A program made the translations under genes and the position numbers. A stretch of DNA of 39,702 nt from a bacterium (lineage in GTDB: Bacteria; Hinthialibacterota; Hinthialibacteria; Hinthialibacterales; Hinthialibacteraceae): positions 1 through 39,702 of the forward strand of contig JBHGBC010000045.1 in assembly GCA_041946805.1 (NCBI GenBank), written 5' to 3'. Below the pieces are notes generated by a model. That model saw only the letters and a list, made by a program, of their open reading frames with translations. It had not been told where the DNA came from and did no database searches. Shown piece after piece: positions 1-8,153 of the stretch (positions are counted from its first letter, which is position 1; each line of letters begins with the position of its first letter).

Positions 1-1
1 C

Positions 2-70
2 CCCGCCGAGGCCGCCCGCGTGGTGGAATTTCTCCAGCGGTATGGCAAAGTGTGCTTAAATAGGGAGTAG
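2..70 (+). CDS. 3' end of a gene entering from the left edge (...PAEAARVVEFLQRYGKVCLNRE*), product unknown
   Basis: Open frame with GC-rich codon usage ending in TAG at 68-70; too short to identify. Confidence 0.4.
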   Translation, partial: PAEAARVVEFLQRYGKVCLNRE

Positions 71-111
71 GTTATCCAACCCATTCAAGACATTGAAAGG
101 CCTGCCAGCTC

Positions 112-369
112 ATGAGCAATAAAAAGGCTTTTTTACTCCCGGTAGTGTTAGAAATGAATGATGACGGCTATTTAGCCTCTGTCCCAGGTTTGCAAGGCGC
201 TTTCGCGGAAGGGGATTCCGTCGAGGAAGCCGTTTTCAACTGTGTCGATGTCGTCAAAATGATCGCCGCGTATCGAGCTGAACGGGGAGAATCCCTGGGC
301 TTTAGCGCGGTTGATTTCAACCCGGACACCCGTCTAACCGTATCACTTCCTGTCGGCTTGAATGATTAA
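112..369 (+). CDS. hicB: HicB-family antitoxin (type II TA)
   Basis: DGYLASVPGLQGAFAEGDSVEEAVFN matches the HicB N-terminal motif; hicA-like sequence immediately downstream. Confidence 0.85.
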   Translation: MSNKKAFLLPVVLEMNDDGYLASVPGLQGAFAEGDSVEEAVFNCVDVVKMIAAYRAERGESLGFSAVDFNPDTRLTVSLPVGLND

Positions 370-596
370 GTGGCTAAGTTACAAGAATTACCATATCAGG
401 AAGTAACTCGTCGATTGACTTCTTATGGATTCCGGTTCTACCGGAAAGGGAAAGGTTCTCCTGAACTTTGGGTGCGGGATTCCGATGGTCGTGTGGTACC
501 TATACCCATCATGGGAATAAGGCGATTAAAAAGGGGACAGTAAGAGCCATTATTCGAGAAATTGGTGTATCCATTGATGAGTTCATGGATAAGTAA
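370..596 (+). pseudogene. hicA: HicA-family mRNA interferase, frameshifted and lacking the catalytic His
   Basis: GTG at 370 gives MAKLQELPYQEVTRRLTSYGFRFYRKGKGSPELWVRDSDGRVVPIP; restoring one C in the CCC run at 505-507 continues HHGNKAIKKGTVRAIIREIGVSIDEFMDK* (TAA 594-596), a typical HicA C-terminus. GSH appears as GSP (CCT 460-462). Not in the ORF track. Confidence 0.85.
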
Positions 597-597
597 A

Positions 598-786
598 ATG
601 ACGCTTGATCAAATCAGGTTAGAAGGCTTGAAGGCTTTGGTGCGGCATTTAGGCCCCATTGGCATGATACGTTTCATCCAACAATATGAAATAGGCCGCG
701 GGGATTATACCAAAGAGAGGCATCAATGGTTGCACGCAACCTCAGTGAAAGAACTGGCGGATAAAATTAAGGAGAAGCGGGCTTAA
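598..786 (+). CDS. Small conserved-looking hypothetical protein, probable TA-associated antitoxin-like protein
   Basis: ATG 598 one base after the hicA stop; MTLDQIRLEGLKALVRHLGPIGMIRFIQQYEIGRGDYTKERHQW resembles small proteins I associate with PIN-toxin loci. Confidence 0.6.
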   Translation: MTLDQIRLEGLKALVRHLGPIGMIRFIQQYEIGRGDYTKERHQWLHATSVKELADKIKEKRA

Positions 787-817
787 AACCCATACCCAAT
801 CCTGGAGGAATCTGTCC

Positions 818-1006
818 ATGCAATTTCAAGTTCTATTCACGTATGATCCGGAATATCATGGCTACGTGGCGGATGTGCCGGAACTGCCCGGATGCATGAG
901 TCAGGGCAAGACCGTGGAAGAGGCCGTGGAAAACATCCGGGACGCCATCCAAGGATACTTGGCCGTTCAGGCTAAACATGGGTTTCCATTCCCTTCTCGG
1001 TACTGA
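818..1006 (+). CDS. hicB: Second HicB-family antitoxin (short, no adjacent toxin)
   Basis: GYVADVPELPGCMSQGKTVEEAVENIRDAI is a canonical HicB motif; GGAGG RBS upstream. Confidence 0.85.
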   Translation: MQFQVLFTYDPEYHGYVADVPELPGCMSQGKTVEEAVENIRDAIQGYLAVQAKHGFPFPSRY

Positions 1007-1278
1007 TTTATTGACTCCTGCGTGAACCGCGTGATGAGTATTCCTCCCCAAAGTGTATATCCTGCCTGCGTTCTAATCCTCCAAGACCTCGTTTCCCGCC
1101 TCCACTCTCCACACTATGCCTCTTCTCCAATCGCGAAAAATCCACTACCCATATATCGTTGAGATTGACAAATAACCCATCCTGGATTCTTCTGATTCGG
1201 ATAGCTTTGTTTTTTAAGTTGGATTAAGAGTGTTCAGGATCGGCATATAAAGGCAGCCGCGGAACGGGAGGCCAGGCC

Positions 1279-2055
1279 ATGCCCTTTGAATTCGATGGTG
1301 AAAAATATGCCCGCGCTTCATCTCACCAGAAAGAGTGGGGCGGGCGGATCATCCACGAACTCCACCTGCGGGGGGATGAATCCGTTCTGGATCTGGGATC
1401 CGGCGATGGAGCCCTCACCCGCCTTCTGGCTTCCTTGGTTCCCCGCGGCCGGGTCTTGGGAATCGATTCCTCGCGAAACATGATCAACACCGCCGATCGA
1501 TGGAAAGGACAAAATTGGCGGTTCATGCTTATGGACATCAATCAATTGCGATTACCCGAACAATTCGATCTCATTTTTTCGAACGCCACGCTCCATTGGA
1601 TTCATGACCACCACCGGATCCTGCGGCGGGTGTACGAACACTTGCGCGATGGGGGAACGATCCGCTTCAATTTCGCGGGGGAGGGTAATTGTGGGACCTT
1701 TATCCGGATCGTCCAAGAAATCATGCGGGAACGCGGCTTCTCTCCTTTTTTTCAGACGTTCACCTGGCCTTGGTACATGCCTTCCGTGTCTGATTACGAG
1801 GAGTTGCTCGGCCGTTTCGCGTTTCGTGAGAAAAAGGTGTGGAGCCAAATCGCAGACCACTGTTTTCCCGACGCGGAAACCATGGCTTTGTGGATCGATC
1901 AACCCAATCTCATTCCCTTCCTGGCACACTTGGATGACTCGTGCAAGCCAGCGTTCCGCGGCCGGGTGATCGAGCGGATGATTGCGGAAACGCGCCTGGA
2001 GAACGGCACTTTTTTCGAGACGTTCCGCCGGATCAATGTGCTGGCCATCAAATGA
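1279..2055 (+). CDS. Class I SAM-dependent methyltransferase (trans-aconitate methyltransferase-like)
   Basis: VLDLGSGDG motif I, FDLIFSNATLHW; GGAGG RBS. Confidence 0.85.
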   Translation: MPFEFDGEKYARASSHQKEWGGRIIHELHLRGDESVLDLGSGDGALTRLLASLVPRGRVLGIDSSRNMINTADRWKGQNWRFMLMDINQLRLPEQFDLIFSNATLHWIHDHHRILRRVYEHLRDGGTIRFNFAGEGNCGTFIRIVQEIMRERGFSPFFQTFTWPWYMPSVSDYEELLGRFAFREKKVWSQIADHCFPDAETMALWIDQPNLIPFLAHLDDSCKPAFRGRVIERMIAETRLENGTFFETFRRINVLAIK

Positions 2056-2109
2056 TCTGAATATGTTCGATGGGTGAAATGGGCTGAATCCCATGACCGG
2101 GGATACTGG

Positions 2110-3957
2110 TTATTGGCTTTTCTCGTTAGGAGACGAATGAAAATAGTCATAAATCCGCCGCGCGTGGTGTTCCGCGATGCCGGGCACGGTTTGCAGCTCG
2201 TCCACCGAGGCCGCGCGGATCTTCTCCAGCGATCCCAGTTGCCGCAATAAGGCTCTTTCCTTCGCCGGGCCGATGCCAGGAATCTGGCGCAGGCTCGATT
2301 CGCGCATCTTTTTGCCCCGCAGGTTCCGGTGATAGGTGATCCCAAAGCGGTGCGCCTCATCCCGCACTTGCTGCAGCAGCCGCAGGCCGGGATTGCGCCG
2401 GTCCAGCCGGATGGGCGAGGGGACACCCGGCAGGAAGATTTCCTCCTCCTGCTTGGCCAAACTGCAGATGGGGAAATGCTGGATGTCCAGATCATCCAGT
2501 ACCTCCATCGCCGCGTGCAGGTGCCCTTTCCCCCCGTCGATCAGGATCAAGTCGGCTGGTTCGGCGAAGCGCTTCTTTTCCGCCGCGTCTTCGCCGCCGT
2601 GCTGGAACCGGCGGCGCAGCATCTCCTGCATCATGGCGTAGTCGTTGATGCCCTCGACGCCCTGGATCTTGAAACGCCGGTAGCCGGCCTTGTTGGGCTT
2701 GCCGTCCTCGAACACCACCATCGCCCCGACCGCCTCGTTCCCCTGGATGTTGGAGATGTCGTATCCCTCGATGCGCAAGGGCAGCACTTCCAGTTTGAGC
2801 GATTCCTGCAGGGCGATCACTTCGGGCGACACGCTTTTTTTTACCCCGCGCAGCTGACGGTATTGTTTTTCGGCGTAATGGGCGGCGTTTTTCTCCGCCA
2901 GTTGCAGCATGGCGTGCTTCATCCCCCGGACAGGGATCTTGATCGCCACCGCCTTTTCAGCGAGTAGCGACAGCGCCTTTTCCAGGCTGGTCAGCGATTC
3001 TGGACCGATGGTGGAGGGAAGAAAGATCTCCTTGGGGATGTCGGTGTTCACCGCGTAGAACTGGATCAGGAAGGCGTTGAGGATCTCCGGCGTACCAGCC
3101 TGGGAAACGTCCTCGAGGAAATGATGTGAAGTCCCCACCACCCGGCCACCGCGCCGCCGGATGACGGCCACGCAGGCAATATCATGCACCCGCGCGAAAC
3201 CCGCGAAATCCTGGTTCTCCACCGTGCGCTGCAGCATCTTCTGCCGGCCGGCGAACTGCTTCGCCGCTTCCAGGATGTCCCGGTAAAAGGCCGCTTTCTC
3301 GAACAGCAGCTGTTCAGAACACGCCTGCATCTTATCGTGCAGCACCCGGATCACGGCTTCGGGGCGGCCGCGCAGAAAGCCAATCACGCCCTGGCACAGT
3401 TGCATGTATTCCTCGCGGGACACGATCCGGCCGCAGGGCGCGCAACACCGCCCCATTTCGTAATCCAGGCAGGGACGCACCTGGAGCAGCCGGTCCGATT
3501 CGTACTTGCAGGGGCGGATGGGAAAAATCTCGTGCAACGCCGACAGGGTGCGCCGCGCCGGGGTGACATGAGGATACGGGCCGAAATACTGGGCGCCGTC
3601 CGGCTCCACCGTCCGTGTCAGATACGCGCGGGGAAAGTCTTCCTGCGTGGTGATCTTGATATAAGGATAACGCTTGTCGTCCTTGAGTTTGACATTGAAG
3701 AGGGGATTGTGCTTCTTGATCAGGTTGTATTCCAGCAACAAGGCTTCGGCGTCGCTGTCGGTGATGATGACGTCCACCTGGACCACGTGCTCGACAAAGG
3801 GCGATGCCGGCTGCCCGTCCCGCCTCTGGCAATGAGACCGCACCCGCTTTTGGATATCGATGGCCTTGCCGATGTACACCACCTCCCCGGCGGCGTTTTT
3901 CATCAAATACACCCCGGGCTGGTTGGGCAACAACGCCAACTGATCAAGAGTAATCAT
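2110..3957 (-). CDS. uvrC: Excinuclease ABC subunit C
   Basis: GIY-YIG N-terminus (PGVYLMK...YIGKA), Cys-rich region, UVR domain, RNase H-like domain (YDISNIQG, IDGGKG, RDEAHRF), HhH C-terminus; start at MITLDQL preferred over 4005. Confidence 0.97.
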   Translation of the reverse strand: MITLDQLALLPNQPGVYLMKNAAGEVVYIGKAIDIQKRVRSHCQRRDGQPASPFVEHVVQVDVIITDSDAEALLLEYNLIKKHNPLFNVKLKDDKRYPYIKITTQEDFPRAYLTRTVEPDGAQYFGPYPHVTPARRTLSALHEIFPIRPCKYESDRLLQVRPCLDYEMGRCCAPCGRIVSREEYMQLCQGVIGFLRGRPEAVIRVLHDKMQACSEQLLFEKAAFYRDILEAAKQFAGRQKMLQRTVENQDFAGFARVHDIACVAVIRRRGGRVVGTSHHFLEDVSQAGTPEILNAFLIQFYAVNTDIPKEIFLPSTIGPESLTSLEKALSLLAEKAVAIKIPVRGMKHAMLQLAEKNAAHYAEKQYRQLRGVKKSVSPEVIALQESLKLEVLPLRIEGYDISNIQGNEAVGAMVVFEDGKPNKAGYRRFKIQGVEGINDYAMMQEMLRRRFQHGGEDAAEKKRFAEPADLILIDGGKGHLHAAMEVLDDLDIQHFPICSLAKQEEEIFLPGVPSPIRLDRRNPGLRLLQQVRDEAHRFGITYHRNLRGKKMRESSLRQIPGIGPAKERALLRQLGSLEKIRAASVDELQTVPGIAEHHARRIYDYFHSSPNEKSQ

Positions 3958-3983
3958 GGCGGCGGTCCGGATTGGTAATCGGC

Positions 3984-4009
3984 TGTCGACATAGATTGTC
4001 GACATAGAT
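3984..4009. repeat. Perfect 13-bp tandem direct repeat (TGTCGACATAGAT x2) upstream of uvrC
   Basis: Units 3984-3996 and 3997-4009; TACAAT (-10-like) on the minus strand at 4011-4016. Confidence 0.85.
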
Positions 4010-4550
4010 TATTGTAGCCGGGGGTGGAAGTGGTGGATATGCGTCCCAGGAAGTGATGCCATCCGGCGGAATTATGACCGGCCGCTTGCATACCCTCGGG
4101 AAACCCAGAGGTATCATCCAGTCAAACCAAACCGCTTCCCAAGAAGGCGCGTCCGGAATACCCTCCGGCCAGCCTATCCCTTCGCCCTCGGGGAGAGGAT
4201 TTGAATGAGGTTTTTTAATGGCAGGCCTATGCGTCCGTTCGGATAATAGGACGGCTTCGTTCGAGATTGCTTATAACAGGCTGGTTTGATTCGAGAATCG
4301 GTAAAAAAAGAACGCCGGCTACGGTCTCTTGGAACATCGGAAACGGCGTATCGGTAAAATTTGACTTATAAATATCCGCTCGAGAATCAACCAGCGTTTC
4401 GCGGAAGCCGTTCAGGACTCCTGATATCTGGAAGGCGTAAACCCGCCACTCCAAGCGAAACTCCGGTTCCGTCCCAACCGTCTCATTCCGAAATCCGTCT
4501 CGCTATCAATCCGTTTTTTCAGCCTTCTCCATAAATAATCCAGAAGGGCA

Positions 4551-4868
4551 TTATCTCAAATGTGCATCCGGATCGTCGTCCTCGGAACGGCTTCCCGCGT
4601 TCGGATTTTGAGCGATGACCGTCTTGTATTCGCGGATCACCAATTCTTCCATTCTCTTGCGCATGTCACTGTTGAGGGGGTGAGCGATATCCGCGTAGGT
4701 TCCGTCCGCTTTCTTCCGGCTGGGCATGGCCACAAAAAGTCCACTGTTTCCATTGATCACTTTCATGTCCCGGATGACAAAGCAATCGTCGAGAATGATG
4801 GTAACGAAGGCTTTGAGTTTGTCATCGGGTTTGCGAACTGGATAGACTTTTACTTCTGTGATGTCCAT
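4551..4868 (-). CDS. spoVG: SpoVG-family nucleic-acid-binding protein
   Basis: MDITEVKVYPV...KLKAFVTIILDDCFVIRDMKVINGNSGLFVAMPSRK...DIAHPLN is the SpoVG signature. Confidence 0.95.
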   Translation of the reverse strand: MDITEVKVYPVRKPDDKLKAFVTIILDDCFVIRDMKVINGNSGLFVAMPSRKKADGTYADIAHPLNSDMRKRMEELVIREYKTVIAQNPNAGSRSEDDDPDAHLR

Positions 4869-4984
4869 AATCCATAGCCTCATTTAAATTATACGAATAC
4901 CTTATACGGATCCCGCCTCGCCGGCATGAAGAACGTATCTGGAATCGCTCTTGTCCGCTAAACCCCGCTTCGTTCCTGCCCCAA

Positions 4985-5008
4985 CCACGGCCTCGTACGA
5001 GGCCGTGG
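4985..5008. other. Perfect 24-bp palindrome directly after the bS22 stop codon
   Basis: CCACGGCCTCGT|ACGAGGCCGTGG; no strong U-tract follows. Confidence 0.8.
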
Positions 5009-5009
5009 C

Positions 5010-5105
5010 TCACTTGTTCTTCTTCTTATGACGATTGAGTCTTCTCTTTTTTTTGCGCTTATGAGTCGCGATCTTCATCCGCTTGCGTTTTTTTCCACAG
5101 GGCAT
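5010..5105 (-). CDS. Small basic ribosomal protein, bS22 / AURKAIP1-COX24 (mS38-like) family
   Basis: MPCGKKRKRMKIATHKRKKKRRLNRHKKKNK* (31 aa) with AAGGAG RBS; below the ORF-track cutoff. Confidence 0.88.
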   Translation of the reverse strand: MPCGKKRKRMKIATHKRKKKRRLNRHKKKNK

Positions 5106-5173
5106 CGATGATCTCACTCCTTTGATGGTTTCAACGAGTCTTAATAGGAATTTCGAAAAATGTCAGAAATTGT

Positions 5174-5202
5174 TGTATATAATCTAGTTATATATTTGTC
5201 AA
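5174..5202 (-). promoter_or_regulatory. Sigma70-type promoter for bS22-spoVG with an overlapping inverted repeat
   Basis: TTGACA (5197-5202), 17 nt, TATACA (5174-5179); TATATAA-N5-TTATATA at 5176-5194. Confidence 0.65.
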
Positions 5203-5256
5203 GAGGGTAGGAGACGCGTCAACCACCGCCCCCACCCAGAAGGAAATACTTCATCA

Positions 5257-5338
<82 letters not shown>

Positions 5339-5359
5339 AGGGGCATATTATCCGAAGGC

Positions 5360-5387
5360 ATTATATTGCGGTACCGGGTAAAGTCAA
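5360..5387 (-). promoter_or_regulatory. Sigma70-type promoter of tRNA-Leu
   Basis: TTGACT, 16 nt, TATAAT on the minus strand, about 20 nt upstream of the tRNA. Confidence 0.75.
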
Positions 5388-5605
5388 CAAGACAAAAAGG
5401 CTCATCCCCGCGTTTCATGAAAATGAATCCCGCCTCTCGAAACACCATACCCCTTGCCGGAGATGTTTGATATCACGTGTAGTATCCAGGTGATTTCGGG
5501 ACCTTCCCCTTTCTTTTCCTAGGTAAAACCCAGTAACAGGGAATCCCCCGGCGGAGAAGGATTTACGCTCGCCTCTCTACAGGATAATCAGAAGCTTTTC
5601 AAGCA

Positions 5606-5889
5606 TTATCCACAAGTTATCCACAGGAGGGGTAAACAGTTATGCGGTCCCTCTTGTCTGCTCATAAAGTTGATTGAATAGATCAGATTATAGAAGTATA
5701 AATATACGAATAAGACCGTATGATATTATAAGTCTATATTTCAAAGCCAATTACAGAATTTTTGACTTTTCCCTCCACTCCGAAAAGCCTGTCTCGGCCA
5801 CGGGATCCATTCCCTTTTGTACTCAATGGATTAAATTGAATGAACACAAGGACTTTTCTGAAGTCCTGAATTACTCACAGATATTCACA
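5606..5889. other. DnaA-box cluster with AT-rich tract; candidate oriC or DnaA regulatory site
   Basis: Perfect TTATCCACA at 5606-5614 and 5617-5625; one-mismatch boxes at 5871-5879 and 5881-5889; very AT-rich ~5661-5765; flanking genes diverge. Confidence 0.55.
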
Positions 5890-5898
5890 GGTGCCAAA

Positions 5899-6375
5899 AT
5901 GACTGTAGCCGTAATGATGGGAAGCCTCTCCGATAAATCCAAGATGCAAGCCGCCGTGGATGTGTTGGACGAATTCGGTATCCCGAGCGAAATAAAAATT
6001 TTGTCCGCCCACCGCTCGCCCGCCCTCGTCAAGGATTACGTGCTCAATGCCCCGGCGCGTGGAATCCGTGTACTGATTTGTGGTGCGGGTATGGCGGCGC
6101 ATCTGGCGGGATGCGTGGCGGCCTTGACGCCGCTGCCGGTCATCGGCGTCCCCCTGTCCGGATCGGCCTTGAACGGCCAGGACGCCCTGCTATCGACCGT
6201 TCAGATGCCCAAGGGGATCCCTGTGGCCACCGTGGCCATCGATGGCGCGTATAACGCGGGGATTCTGGCGGTCCAGATCCTGGCGCTTTCCGACTCCGTT
6301 CTGGCGGCTAAACTCCAGGCTTTCCGGGAGAAGATGACCCAGGACCTGGAACGCTTGAACTTGGATAATTCATGA
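5899..6375 (+). CDS. purE: N5-carboxyaminoimidazole ribonucleotide mutase
   Basis: [42 protein letters not shown] motifs; ATG 5899 rather than the track's 5674. Confidence 0.97.
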   Translation: MTVAVMMGSLSDKSKMQAAVDVLDEFGIPSEIKILSAHRSPALVKDYVLNAPARGIRVLICGAGMAAHLAGCVAALTPLPVIGVPLSGSALNGQDALLSTVQMPKGIPVATVAIDGAYNAGILAVQILALSDSVLAAKLQAFREKMTQDLERLNLDNS

Positions 6376-6760
6376 GGCGAGAAAGAGAAAGAAATTATCA
6401 CCTACCGTCTGGAACAAAAGATTGATAGATTGAGAACGCTGTTTGCCCGTCTCATACTCATACACCCTCCCTGCATGAAAGAAGGCTTATCCGGTAGGCG
6501 CGTAAATTTTTCAGATGGCCGGCTGGTGTCTCTTCGAATTGATCGGTAAGAAGCACCCCCAAATTCCCTCTCCCTCTGGGAGAGGATCAGGGTGAGGGTA
6601 TTATATAAGGGCGGACCTTGGGATCCGCCCGTGCCTTCAAGCCGTGGAGTCCCTTTTCACCATCATGTACGCCTATACCGGAAGAACCAAAAAAAATATG
6701 CTTATTTCGATAGGGGGACCGTTTTCAACCGAAAAAAGATCCGGTAAAATAAAAAAAGAG

Positions 6761-6789
6761 TTGAAAGACTGAAAATTCCATGGCATAAT
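6761..6789 (+). promoter_or_regulatory. Sigma70-type promoter with A-rich UP element and extended -10, with no downstream ORF
   Basis: AAAATAAAAAAAGAG-TTGAAA, 17 nt, (TGG)CATAAT. Confidence 0.6.
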
Positions 6790-6795
6790 TGGCAA

Positions 6796-6892
6796 AATCA
6801 GTTATACTTTCTTTCATGATTCGTTGATATGTGATTCCAGAGTTAAGGACGATGAGAGAGAAGCGGCATCCAGTGGATGCCGCTTCTCTTTT
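6796..6892 (+). ncRNA. Candidate ~97-nt small RNA
   Basis: Bounded by the promoter at 6761-6789 and the terminator at 6857-6892; no credible ORF inside. Confidence 0.45.
6857..6892 (+). terminator. Intrinsic terminator, possibly bidirectional
   Basis: AGAGAAGCGGCATCCA-G-TGGATGCCGCTTCTCT perfect 16-bp arms followed by TTT on +; also 45 nt past the convergent methyltransferase stop. Confidence 0.8.
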
Positions 6893-6937
6893 CCCACTCC
6901 TCCCATCTCTCATCCTATCTGCCTGATTTTTAATCGA

Positions 6938-8125
6938 TTACGATTCATGTGGCTTTTCCAGGCATATACAGGCAATGGACCACGGGGCGGTAGCGAGTTC
7001 GGATTCCCACAGTTCCCGGCCGAACAGGAGGTACAAGGGCGCCGCAAAACGGCTGGGATGCACACCCCCGCGATGGTCAATGAAATTCCTGCCCAGGCCA
7101 AGCCATCCCCATTGCGTCCTTTCCCCATAATAGGTCAGCCGGACCAGGGCCAATCCACTGGGATGGATCAACCGCGCCTGAACCGCGGCGGGATCGTATA
7201 CACGCAAATATCCCAAAGCGTCCGCGTGCGTCCGGGCTTCCGTGTACACATGCCCGATGTTCCCGGCTATCCATTCTTCCCGGGCGTGAGCGGCGGCGGG
7301 GACGGTGATGATCAGTCGGCCCCCCGGTTTCAGGATCCGGGCCAGGCGCTCCACGGTGAGGCGGTCGCCATCGCCGGGGACATGCTCGATGGTGGAGATC
7401 AGGGTGACGGCGTCCACGCTGGATTCCAAAAGGGGCATATGCAAAAAATCGGCGGCCAACGGATGCAACTTGTCTTCCGTTGTTTTTCCACGTAATTGGT
7501 GTTGCACCGTCAGGGATTCACGATGCAACTCCACAGCCGCCACCGTATATCCTCGCGCCGCCAGGAACGATGGAAACGCCGAACGGCCGCAGCCCATATC
7601 CACGCAAACTCTCCCCTTTTCAGGAAGATGGTGCAGAGCGAAATCAATTTCGGCCAACTTGTAATACTCGTAGGGATTGACAGGAACCAATCGGCGAACC
7701 GTCCGATGATGACGCATCCATAGTGAAATGAAGGGATTCCGGTGCTGGCCCCTCTCCAGAATCCCCGCGGCGGCCCGGGATGCCCCATCGAGTAGCATCC
7801 ACATGGCTTTTTGGAGACAGGAGAAGAGTGGCAGAGGAGCCAGATACTGGTTGAAAACACGGCGGGCATGGAGCCAGAGGCATTGCAGGGCGCGAATCCA
7901 CGCCTGGGCGCTCCACGGCCGCCGAAGCACCAGGCGCCCATAGGAAGCGAGAGCCTCGGCGTAGCGTCCGTTTTGGGAATCAATCCAGGCCAGGTGGGCG
8001 TTCGCCTCGGCATGGAAAGGGGCGGCGTTCACCGCCAGCCGCAAGGATGCCACCACCTCGTCCATGCACCCCTGCGCCGCGGCCGCGCGTGCTTGATCCA
8101 TGAAAAAATCGGCTGGATTTTTCAA
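6938..8125 (-). CDS. SAM-dependent methyltransferase with N-terminal TPR-like repeats
   Basis: VDMGCGRS, ISTIEHV, RILKPGGRLIITVP; N-terminal AxAxLA...GRYAEALASY TPR pattern; start (TTG 8125 or ATG ~8101) uncertain. Confidence 0.8.
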   Translation of the reverse strand: MKNPADFFMDQARAAAAQGCMDEVVASLRLAVNAAPFHAEANAHLAWIDSQNGRYAEALASYGRLVLRRPWSAQAWIRALQCLWLHARRVFNQYLAPLPLFSCLQKAMWMLLDGASRAAAGILERGQHRNPFISLWMRHHRTVRRLVPVNPYEYYKLAEIDFALHHLPEKGRVCVDMGCGRSAFPSFLAARGYTVAAVELHRESLTVQHQLRGKTTEDKLHPLAADFLHMPLLESSVDAVTLISTIEHVPGDGDRLTVERLARILKPGGRLIITVPAAAHAREEWIAGNIGHVYTEARTHADALGYLRVYDPAAVQARLIHPSGLALVRLTYYGERTQWGWLGLGRNFIDHRGGVHPSRFAAPLYLLFGRELWESELATAPWSIACICLEKPHES

Positions 8126-8153
8126 CTGATTTCCCTATTCCAACAAAGACGGA

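Noticed and set aside
4020..4550. Structured ncRNA (6S, SRP, RNase P, tmRNA) between spoVG and uvrC, or at 12895-13238
   Set aside because: No diagnostic motifs seen; cannot be excluded without covariance models
5674..5898. N-terminal extension of PurE
   Set aside because: Crosses the AT-rich DnaA-box region; PurE homology starts at ATG 5899
6781..6794. Sigma54 promoter (TGGCA...GC)
   Set aside because: GG-to-GC spacing is 8 nt rather than the required 10
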